Below, one piece after another: positions 1 through 22,708 of a DNA stretch of 64,000 nucleotides. Each line of letters starts with the position of its first letter. The first letter of the stretch is position 1. Origin of the DNA: the human T2T-CHM13v2.0 reference genome, Homo sapiens; the NCBI RefSeq assembly GCF_009914755.1, contig NC_060932.1. One strand, given 5' to 3'. The notes beneath the pieces were generated by a model, which did no database searches, had not been told where the DNA came from, and was given only the letters and a program-made list of their open reading frames with translations. Position numbers and translations under genes: made by a program.

Positions 1-96
1 ATGTTCTTTTAATATTTTATTATAAAATAGCTTAAGTATATATAGGTATATATGTTTGCACACACTCATATATACACATACATATATAAAAACTCT

Positions 97-720
<624 letters not shown>

Positions 721-829
721 CTAATCTCTCTACTTTCAAAAAAGAAATATAGGCCAGGCGCGGTGGCTCACGCCTGTATTTTTTATATCTCAAAAAAGAA
801 ATATAGAGAGCAGTGGAGGGAGAGAGATA

Positions 830-1900
830 GTTTCCTATAGCTGCTGCAACCAGCTACCACAAACTTAGTGGCTTAAAACAACATCAATCGATTATCTTAC
901 AGTTCTGATGTTGTGGACTCCAGAAGTCCAAAATGGGTCTTACTGGGGTAAAATCAATGTGTTGGCAAGATTGCATTGCATCTGGAGGTTTCAGGGGAGA
1001 AGCCATTCCTTGCCTTTTCCAGCCTTTCTTGGCTCACGGAATGCTTCCATGCTCACTCTGACCTGTGCTTCTGCACTCACGTCTCCAACAGCCAGAGCCC
1101 AGCACCAGATATGTGAGTGAGGCTGTCTTGGACAAGACAGCCTCCACTGAGCCATCGACTGATTGCTGTTGCATGGGTGAACCTGGTTAAGAGTAAAAGA
1201 ACTGCCAGCCGATCCCACCCCAGAATGCTGACTCTCACTTGTGAGCTAATAAAGACTGTTGTTTTAAAACCTCTAAATTGGCCAGGCGCGGTGGCTCACG
1301 CCTGTAATCCCAGCACTTTGGGAGGCCGAGATGGGCGGATCACGAGGTCAGGAGATCGAGACCATCCTAGCTAACACGGTGAAACCCCGTCTCTACTAAA
1401 AAGTACAAAAAATTAGCCGGGCGTGGTGGCGGGCGCCTGTAGTCCCAGCTACTCGGGAGGCTGAGGCAGGAGAATGGCGTGAACCTGGGAGGCTGGAGCT
1501 TGCAGTGAGCCGAGATCGCACCACTGCACTCCAGCCTGGGCGACGGAGTGAGACTCCATCTTAAAAAACAAAAAAGCCTCTAAATTTGGCCATGGTCGTT
1601 TGTGCAACAATAGATAATGGACATAGGAACAGACACCAACAGCACCACCATTTTGTGCTCTTCTCTCCTTTTTTGCCTCGAGAGTGGATGTAATATGTGG
1701 AGCTGCAGCAGCCATCTTGCAACCTTGAGGGAAAGACCAACAGAATCATAGTATGATTGGCTTCGACGTCACTGTGCTGCCAAAAATGCAAGAACAGTTC
1801 TTCTGTTCTGAATTTCTTTCAATGTGAGAAAATAAACCCCTATTTATTATAATACTATAATTTCAGTTACTCGCAAACTAAAGAATTTCTAATGAATACA
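830..1900. mobile_element. Cluster of MLT1 (MaLR LTR) fragments interrupted by an AluY
   Basis: CCACAAACTTAGTGGCTTAAAACAAC (~857) and AATAAA...GTTTTAA...CAATAGATAA-type LTR ends. Confidence 0.7.
1280..1575 (+). mobile_element. AluY with TSD CCTCTAAATT
   Basis: Full dimer with Y diagnostics; TSD copies at 1270-1279 and 1577-1586. Confidence 0.92.
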
Positions 1901-2374
1901 TGGCAAGTTGCCAGGCCTCTGAGGCAGCTGGGAAAGGATCTTCAGTGGCCAGGAATTAAGAAGACAGAAATGATGTTTGATGAGGGAAATTTGTGACCTG
2001 GGTCCAGGGGGGTTCTGTTCCCTCTTCTGAACCTTGACATGCCTTCAGCACAAACATCCACAGCACATCCTTCCGGTGGAGAGAACTTGGAGCGGACTCC
2101 AGTGAAGAATGCCTGGAAACGCACCTAAGTCCACCCTCACTGATAGGACTCAGAGCGCTTGTCCCTCTGCCATGTCTTCTGTGAAGGGAAGTGACTCACG
2201 GCAGTTATGAAACTCCAAGGCCAATGTGTATTTACATTTTTGCCCTCTCACTACCCTGGCCAGGAAGATTTCCAGCTTGAGGTAATTCTCCCAAGGGAAT
2301 CTTTGCGGGGAGGGAGGAGTGGCTGAAGGGGGTGGGATTGAACGCAAGGTAGAGTGAATAGAGCACAAAGGTGA

Positions 2375-3190
<816 letters not shown>

Positions 3191-4496
3191 GCTCTTTTCT
3201 TATCCATTTTGCAGGCAATATTAAGGGCTGATATTGATTAACTGTTTACCATAAGCCAGGCGTACGCTAAGAGCCTTACTTGCATTAGTTAAGAAAATCC
3301 TCACAACAAGCCTATAGGTGGGTTTTAAAAGGGTCATTTGACAGATAAGGAACCTGAGCCACAGAGAAGTTAAGCGACTTGTCTAAGGTCACACAGCTTA
3401 GCCTGTAAGTAGTGCAGCCAGGATTACAACCCAGCCATTCTGACTTCAGAGTGGAAACTCTTAACTATCTCCCTGTCCCCTGTGTGGAGGAGGAAGGCCC
3501 AGAAAGGTTAAGTGACTTGCCTGATGCTGCAGAGCCATGATTTGCAGTTGGGTCAGTGTGGCTACAGGCCCCTTGCATTTGCTCTCTTCCTGTCACCTCT
3601 GCCATTCTCTCGCCCCTCCTAATAGCATCACCCATTGTCTCCAGTGTAGGGCCCTAACTGTGGAGAAATGAGCACTAGACCAGGAGTCTGAAAGTCAGAA
3701 TCCTTTACTTATCCAGCGACCTCGAACAAATCAGTGTTCTCATCTGTGAACTGAGACTTGGGTTTGCTCCTCCCACCTGAGAGGACCTTGTGGAGCAAAT
3801 GGGATTAGGGGCATGAAGAGCTGGATCCTCATGGGGTTATTGTTGGTGCTCCCTTTGTTTCTCTGACGCCTAGCCTTGGGGTAACTGTTCTTCCCTGTGG
3901 TTTGACCTGGAGGGCTGTGTTCTGGCAGCTGGGTGAGTTTGGGATTTCCTGGTGCCACTTAGAATTACCAACCTCCATAAAACGCTCAGGGATGCAAGGG
4001 TTTTGCAATCAGTTATTGCATCAGGAAAACTCTCTGAATAGCCTCATTCTACCCTCTTGCCCGCCCAGGTGCCGGCTTAGCCAACGGGAGGTTGGGCACC
4101 GAGGGGAAGGACAGAGATTTCCTTTCCTATCACGCAGACAGTGCCTGTGGCAGGAACTTCGGGACCTTGGATCTACCCCAAACACTGCTGGGGAAAGTGC
4201 TAGTCCTCTGGAGGGGTAGGGAGAGACCAGGAACCAAAGGAAGACTGGGGAGTGAAGTAGGGAGGGGGGTGCCTGAATGAGTTGGGCAGCAGCTCTCCTG
4301 CCCACCCCTCCAACCCCAAGTAGCTCTCAGTCCTGCCCTGCCGCTGTAACACAGCACACAATGCATCCCCTCCTGGAGCCTGGGGTTCCTCATCTGCAGA
4401 GTGGGAACCATAGTTTATCCCTATGTCATAGAGCGGTGATGAGGATTGAATCAGCCCACGCGCATGTACATCCTCACTTCCAAAATTAAGTCCTCA

Positions 4497-4816
<320 letters not shown>

Positions 4817-5832
4817 TTAAGTTCTTAGTAAACACTAGCCATGGTCATTATTATTATTATTCTGTGACTCCAAGTGTCATATGTGACCCCGGAAGCACCG
4901 TGGAAATCCCACGCCTGCCACCGCAACCTTGAAACCATTTCTCTGACCTCTCTAAACCTCATCTTTGTGACGAGACTACGCCCACTAAGTCCGTGGGGCA
5001 GTGGTGTGAATTCAATGAAAATCGAGTCTGGAGGACCCAGCCCAGTGCGGGGTGCAGAGGAAGTGCCCGTCAATGGTGGCCTTTATCCTGACTCCAGCTT
5101 GGATGGGACTCTGAGGGAAGCTGAGCTCTGGAGCTCCAGGAACAGAGGAAGCGATTGTGCAGAGGTGAAGGGGGGAGGGCCCCTCCTGGAGAGGGCAGTG
5201 AGAGTTGAGCAGAGTCCTACTTCCACTTATTATCCACGGTGGCATTCATCCTCCCAGCCTGGGAACAAGTGAAGGAGGGGATCTTTCCAGGACCTGGCAC
5301 CCCCAAGATTTTCCCATGCCCTCTGTTTGCACACAGGTTCCCACCCAGGGGCCATAACATATTTTTAACCCTCTCCTACCCTGTGAGCCATTTTCTCATA
5401 AACATCATTTGAGATGTGAGCTCAGAATAGATGATAAGAGACTGGCCGTTGTCACCACTGAAGGCAATGAAGAGGTGCCCCCTAGGCAGCGGTGTGTGTG
5501 CTGGAGCTGCCCAACTCTGTGCACACTGACCTCACGTGAGCAGATTCAAATGGGCCAGGGTGGGAGCATTTACACCGTGGAAATCGGCAAACACTGCCAC
5601 CAGAATCAACTGTTCCCACATTCACCAGCACACCCCTGCTCCCAAGAACTTGGAAATGAGGCTGCTGTCAGAGTTAAAGCAGAAATTCCACCCCCAGGGC
5701 ATGTGATTGGCCTTTGGTGGGGGAAACCAGGGGGCTGACCATAGGGTGAGACATGGGTTGTGAGAGCACCCCAAGCTCTTAACTCCTATCAAGGTAAACC
5801 AGAGCAACTCCTAGATAAAGAACTGGAGAGTG

Positions 5833-6916
<1,084 letters not shown>

Positions 6917-7052
6917 TGATACTGGACCCACTGCAGCCAAGCTGAGGCCTGCCTGAGTGGGGAGCTGACCCACTGGAGATGAGGTGGTGAATTAGTAGAC
7001 CCTGAAGCCTCCTCCAAGCTGTCCTGTGGGTTTAAGCTGGTTTAAATGAAGG

Positions 7053-10407
<3,355 letters not shown>

Positions 10408-10844
10408 AATGTCTATGTTTTTGGTGAGTGCTTTCTGTACCGAGATGACTCACTGGTGCAGCAGAGCTTGTAAGGTCTGAGCACAGGGACCTTCCTGAGA
10501 CTTGGGAGATGCTCACTGGGATTGCAGGGCAATTGTATGAGTGTTTAGAAAATGACTTTTTTCCTTTCAGCTCAGCTCACACTGATCCATGCAGGACAGA
10601 AGAGGGCATCTCGGGTCGGCAGGGCCCTCTTGCATGTGGTTGTACAGGGCTGAAATCCAGCCTGCTCTCCGCTGGCCAAGCCCTCTGCTCTGCTGTGGGG
10701 GCTACCTGTGCCCTGCTGCAACCCATCCAGAGGGTAGGGCACCCTTTTCTAGCTAGCACTGAAAGGTGTCCTATGGGCTGAAGAGGCTCTGCCTGTTGGA
10801 CTTCCTGACTCATCTGGAACAGTTCCAGAATGTTGTTCTGGTTG

Positions 10845-11343
10845 TCTATGGCTAGAAGTGTAACAAACCACTCCTAAACTTGGGGCATAAAGCCGTTCTG
10901 TGGGTCAGGCCACACAGGACAAGGGGCGGGGGAGCCCGGGGTGGGGTGAGGATGGCGCTTGTCTGCTCTGTGGTATCTGAAGCTGGAGCATTCACCCCTA
11001 GGGTGGCTTCCTCACCCCCTGTGTGGTACCTGGGCTGGGACAGCTGTGGGACGGGCTCAGCTGAGTCTGTCATCTGGAGGGGCTCCCTGTGGCCTCTCCA
11101 GCATCATGTTCTCAGGGGAGAGGGGATTCTTACCTGGCTGCTCAGAGCTGCAACTGCCAGTGTCCAATGGAACCAGGCAGAGGCTGCATGGTTTTTATGA
11201 CCCAAGCTGGAAAGTCTCAGAGTGTCACTTTCATTGTGACATTGGTTAAGGCAGTCATAAGGCCACCCAGATTCAAGAGACTCCCGCCTTTTGATGGGAA
11301 AAGTGGCAAAGAATTTGCAACAGTATTTTTAAAACTATCACAG
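10845..11343 (-). mobile_element. MLT1 solo LTR (subfamily uncertain)
   Basis: GTAACAAACCACTCCTAAACTT start and GGCAAAGAATTTGC...AAAACTATCACA end, typical of older MLT1. Confidence 0.65.
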
Positions 11344-11346
11344 TGG

Positions 11347-13786
<2,440 letters not shown>

Positions 13787-14047
13787 TTAGACCTGGACAA
13801 TCCAGGCCCTCGCTGGTCCTCCAGGAGTATCCTTTCCACTGAGCAAGGGCCGGGGCCTACACAGAGCCTGTGCCTGCCCTTCCAGACCCAATTCCAGGTA
13901 CCTAGGACCCTGGGATTCCCTGCCCTAATGGTTTGGAACATGCGTTTGGGACTCAGGAGTCTTTTTCCTGGGTCCCATTTTCCCAAGACAACCTGTTGAC
14001 TCTGCTGTGTGGACCTCTAGGCCTATGGGTGGTCAAGGAAGGGCCAA

Positions 14048-14274
14048 GGGGTGTGTGTGGGGTGTGTGTGTGGGGTGTGTGTGGGGTGTGTGTGGGGTGT
14101 GTGTGGGGTGTGTGTGGGGTGTGTGTGGTGTGTGTGTGGGGTGTGTGTGGGGTGTGTGTGTGGGGTGTGTGTGTGGGGTGTGTGTGTGGGCTGTGTGTGT
14201 GGGGTGTGTGTGGGGTGTGTGTGTGGGGTGTGTGTGGGGTGTGTGTGTGGGGTGTGTGTGGGGTGTGTGTGGGG
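14048..14274 (+). repeat. (GGGG(TG)3-4T)n minisatellite, ~20 units of 11/13 bp
   Basis: 18 GGGG tracts counted, plus one GGG and one GG variant, separated by TG repeats. Confidence 0.95.
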
Positions 14275-14666
14275 ATCAGGTTTGGATGTGTCATCTAGGA
14301 TCTCCAGGGCAGGCCGTGGAGGCCCTACATGGTGAGGACTGAAGGAGGGAAGAGAAGCTCAGGAGGGAAGATAAGGGAAAACAGGTCACAGATCAGAAGC
14401 CTCTGTTTATACTCTTGTTCAGGACTCCACAGATGTTAGGCCTATGCAAATCTAAGGCTTCCTGTGCTCTTAAAGAAAGAGAAATGTTTGGATAGAATTT
14501 TTCTTCATTAGGAGATTGAGGCAATGTATAAAGCAGAAAAGCCATGGCTAGGATTCAGCCCTAAGAGGGTTCAATTCAACTTTGCCACCTTCTGGCTGTG
14601 TGACCTTAGACAAATTAATCAGCTTCTCTGAGCCTGTTTGTGCATCTGTACAAATGGTGGTAATAA

Positions 14667-17404
<2,738 letters not shown>

Positions 17405-18209
17405 TAAGAGTTCCTTTCCTTGGAAAAGGAAGAGAGGGAATTCCAGTGGGAGGGAACAGCGCAGGCTGAAGTGCAGAGATGTGAATTGGCAGATAGATCA
17501 GTTTGGGGCCCTGCCAGGAGCTGGCATGGGTAGGACAGAGGGGAGGAGGCAAGAAAGGTGAGGCTTGGAAGGGAAGTGGGCCTGGAAGGTGAGGCTCGGA
17601 AGGGAAATGGGGCTTGGAAGAGGGCCTACTTTTCCATACTGTGGTGTTTGGATTTTATCTGGGGGTGGGGTCCCTGCAAGGTTTTAGGTCAGTGCCTTGC
17701 GTGATCACATTTGGATTTTAGGAAAGTGACTCCACAGCTGTGTGGGGGATGGATCAAGGGGATACACGACATACTGTGTTTTGTGCATCACTGTGTCTCC
17801 AGCACTTAGTGGGTGCTGACACCAAGTAGGGGCTCAATGTTTGTTGAAGGGATGAATGAGTGGCTCCATTGAGAACTTACTGCAGGAATCCAGGGGAAGG
17901 TTGTGAACTAGGATTATGGGAGTGGGGAGAGGGCCGAACGTGGGAAAGGGAGAAGGTTTCTATTAGACAGGGTCTGGGCAGGAAAATGGAACTCAGGCCA
18001 GGAAGTTCAGTGGATAGAATTTATGTAGAAAACTAGTTACAAAGGCATAGAAAGGGCAGAAACAAAACAGAACAAAACATGGTGCTGGGGGCCACCCAGA
18101 GATTAGCAACATCTGGAAGCTGCTGCCACCCTACGGCTGGAGGGACAAAGGTGGTTTCACCTGCTCCCAGAAGCCAGAGTCCCTGGAGTGAGCTCGGACC
18201 ATGAAGAAG

Positions 18210-18600
18210 GGGTGCCACAGGTTGAACTCCCCAGGAAGCTGACTCTGAGATGCAGGCCAGCCTGCAAGAGGATTCTGTGGGAAGAGGGGGAGGAAGGAAC
18301 AGGATTGGGCAGAGGAAAAAGCTGGGCTGTGATGCAATTTTAGGAAGGCCTAAATCTGGGAGCTCTGAAGCTGGGATGCCTTGGACAGGTGGCCCAAGTT
18401 GGGACAAGGGGACCTTTATTCTTCCATGATCAGCAGTCACTGGATGTGGACCCTTGGGAAGGGAGTGTGACCTCCGGCAAAGTGGCTCTTCTCAGTCAAG
18501 GCAATTTCCAAAACAGCTCCTGATATGCACTCCCAGCAGCCAGGGAAACAGATCCTCCAGTTGGGCAGCGGGATCTGGGGAGCACATCGCAGCAGCCATG
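18210..18600 (-). mobile_element. Old ERVL LTR relic (LTR16-like)
   Basis: GACTCTGAGATG...GGGCAGAGG...GCTGTGATGCA...AGCTCTGAAGCTGGGATG...CAGTCACTGGATGTGG resembles the LTR16 family from memory. Confidence 0.5.
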
Positions 18601-19073
18601 CGGAGTGGCTGTCTCCTCTGGAGCCCCAGAGGAGGTGTGGCCAGCTGCCTGAAGCAAATAGTAGCCTGGGCATTCTCTTCTTCCTCCTGCCTTCTAATCT
18701 CCCTCCCGGGCCTCCCACTGGGCAAACTGGGCTGGAAGCCAATGGGCAAGTGAGCCTGGGAAGTAGAGCTGGTGAGGGCCAGCCCCAGGGAGCTGAACAG
18801 TGCGGGGTAGGGCCCGGCACTGAGAGCTCACAGGTCTAGGGTGGGCTGTGGGAGAAAGGAAAAAGGCAGATTCAAAGGGGAACCCACGATGAGTGCCTGT
18901 GATCCTGGCCCCTGGGTGGGCGGAGCTGGGTGGATGGTGGCATGCCTGTCTCTCAGAAGAGGCAGAGAAGGAGGCACACACCTGGGAGGAAGATGCTCAG
19001 GGGCCATGCTGAGTTTGCCATTCAAGTGCTGGCAGCTCAGTGGATCTTACATTCTGGCACAGAATAATCTTCA

Positions 19074-20174
<1,101 letters not shown>

Positions 20175-21299
20175 TAGTGTGGTTGGAAAACTGAAGTAAT
20201 ACATATAAAGTGCTAAGAACAGTGTCCGACACATTGTAGGCCTCGATTCATGTTAGCTATTATTATTATTTTAATTTTCACCTTCTAATTCCCAGCGTTT
20301 AGCTCTTGGTAGATGCTTAATTAGTATTTGTTGAATGAATGGAGAATTAATAAGGAAAATGATTTATTCCTGGGGCTCGACCTGGTTTTAGAAAATTAAG
20401 TATTTAGCAGAAGGACAAGTAAGGGCTCTCTAATAATAGTTATATTGTTGGGTGCCCAGGGACTCCAAACTGACCTGGTTCACTCAAGAAAGAAAAATGA
20501 CAGATTCCAAGTTGTTTCACGCGCAACTTTGATGCTCTTCCAAATCACACGGAATGAATGCATGCGCACCACCAGGCAGGGCTGCCCGGGTGCAGGCGGT
20601 ATCTCTGGCAGTGGCCAGAATGACTTCCACCAGCCTACCCACCTACCCAGGTTGGCACTCAGGCCCTAGACCCTGCGGCGCGTGTGGAGGCTGGGGAGGG
20701 AGTAGGAATCCGGCGGCAGCCACGTGGGCCCCTTCCGCCCGCTCCCCACATCCTTTGTTTCCCACCGGCCCTGGCTCAGGAAGCTCTTTCTGCGAGTCAC
20801 CGCGAAGGGGCGGCCCGGGAGCCTGGAGAAGCTATTTCCGTGCAATCCGGGCGGGCGGCAGGCGCGGGGGGGTTGGGGGGGCGTGGAGGTGGAGGCAGCG
20901 CAGAAGGCCCAGTGTTTGCTTTTATTTCCTCCAACAGAAGGTTCTATTTGTGGAAGCGAACAGACGCTGGGGATTAGAGCTGGGAGGGGGCAGGAAAAGG
21001 GAAAAAAAAAAGCCACATCCACTACCACGCACAGGTCTTCCCCGGAACTACCGCGTGGGGGTGAATGACTGATTCTGGAATTCATCACCTCCCTATCCCC
21101 CTCCTTCCTCCGGCTGCAGCCGGGCCTCGGCGGCGCCCACGGCTCCAACCGGAGCTCCCCAGGCGCTGGGCGGTGGGGGGATCCCCGGGGCGAAAGGCGT
21201 CGCCGCGGGGCTGCAGCGAGCGGCGGGTGCAGAGAACCGTGGTGCGCGCTCCCGCCTCGCGCCCGCAGCCCATTGTGCTTACTGTGAATGAGGCGCGCG

Positions 21300-21800
21300 C
21301 ACCAATCAGCGGTCGCTTCGCTCCCCGCAGCCCCGTCCCTCCCGCCCACTTCCCCGGGCCCTTACGTCACGGGAACTTTTCCTCCGCCCCCTCCTTCGGC
21401 TTCTCCGCTGAGCTGGGGGCCTGCGGGAGGGCGCGCGCGCCGCCTCCTGCCCAGCCCCTCCCAGCCCTGGGGGCGTGTGCGCGCGTCCAGGCCGGCCCGG
21501 GACGCACCACCTGCGCCCGAGCGCGCGCTGCCCGGAGCATCCCCAGCCCTAAGTCCACCCCCATTCCCCCCACCTCCTACTCCCTCTCCCCTTCCCCCAG
21601 TCTCCTCCCTCCGCTCCGGAGACTGCTCGCTGGGCGGCGGGGCCGGAGTCGTCGCAGCCACCTCATTGCACAACCCGGCTTCCCAACTGTTTACACAGCC
21701 CGGCCTGTGAGTGTGTGTGTATACAGCGTGAGTCACCAGGAGGCGGAGGAGGTGGAGGAAAAGGAGAAGGAGGAGTGCACTGGCCGGGATCGGTGCAGCG
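21300..21800 (+). promoter_or_regulatory. TRIB1 proximal promoter motif cluster (no TATA box seen)
   Basis: CCAATCAG 21302, TTACGTCA CRE-like 21362, GGGAACTTTTCC kB-like 21371, CCGCCC GC box ~21384, ATTGCACAAC C/EBP 21665, TGTTTAC forkhead 21688, TGAGTCA AP-1 21729. The TSS position (~21800) is inferred, not shown by the sequence. Confidence 0.65.
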
Positions 21801-22348
21801 CTCACACTCACTCACAGTCACTCTCTCTGAGCGCGTCTCGCTCGCTCTCATACACGCCCGGAGCCCAGGAGCGCTCAGGATCCCGAGCGCCGCGAAAAAG
21901 TTCCCCCGGCTTTTGCTGGAGACTCATCGCTTTGGGAAGTGCATTTGCTTCGTGGCTCCGCCGAGCCTGCTGAATCCTGTCCTCGCGGCTCGGGACCCCG
22001 GGATCGCTGACCGCTGCCGCCGCCGCCTCTGCCTCCCGGACTATCGGCAGCCTCGGCAACAATAGTGGCGGCCGCCCCCAGCGAGGCTCCGGGAGCCCTT
22101 GCCTGCGGGGGTCCGGGGACTCGAGCCGGCCTCCGCCTCCCGGACGCACAGCCAGCGTGGTCCCCGCGTGCAACGCGAGCGCCGGGGAGTGGCTCCTGCT
22201 TTGCCCCTCGTGGGGGCCGAGCCAAGACCAGTCTGCAAACTCCATCCCGCCGGCTGGAAGAAGTCGCGGAGCCGGCACCAAACCCGCAGCGTCTTCCCGC
22301 GCGGATCCCGGGACTTAAAAAGCCGGGGCCACCCCGGCCCAGGACGGG

Positions 22349-22708
22349 ATGCGGGTCGGTCCGGTGCGCTCTGCCATGAGCGGCGCCTCGCAGCCCCGCG
22401 GCCCGGCCCTGCTCTTCCCAGCCACCCGAGGCGTCCCGGCCAAACGCCTGCTGGACGCCGACGACGCGGCGGCTGTGGCGGCCAAGTGCCCGCGCCTCTC
22501 CGAGTGCTCCAGCCCCCCGGACTACCTCAGCCCCCCCGGCTCGCCCTGCAGCCCGCAGCCCCCGCCTGCCGCTCCGGGGGCCGGCGGAGGCTCCGGGAGC
22601 GCGCCGGGGCCCAGCCGCATCGCCGACTACCTGCTGCTGCCCCTAGCCGAGCGCGAGCATGTGTCCCGGGCGCTGTGCATCCACACTGGACGCGAGCTGC
22701 GCTGCAAG
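22349..22708 (+). CDS. TRIB1: TRIB1 coding exon 1 (aa 1-120; N-terminal PEST/Pro-rich region and start of the pseudokinase N-lobe)
   Basis: Translation MRVGPVRSAMSGASQPRG...HTGRELRCK matches human TRIB1 as I recall it. ATG at 22349, in-frame upstream TAA at 22316, donor AAG|GTAGGC at 22708/22709, phase 0. Confidence 0.98.

Noticed and set aside
5475-5488. Possible CTCF site (minus strand TGCCTAGGGGGCAC)
   Set aside because: Mismatches the conserved 5' CC of the core; not supportable without ChIP data.
13933-14342. Cys/Val/Gly- and His/Thr/Pro-repeat ORFs
   Set aside because: Translations of the GGGG(TG)n minisatellite.
17555-17620. Two-copy ~31-bp purine-rich tandem duplication
   Set aside because: Ordinary slippage duplication in an old repeat; no further signal.
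21065-21973. 302-aa ATG ORF upstream of TRIB1, and the 227-aa and 149-aa antisense ORFs nearby
   Set aside because: Pro/Arg/Ala-rich low-complexity products expected from stop-poor CpG-island DNA; no recognisable domain; they span the promoter.
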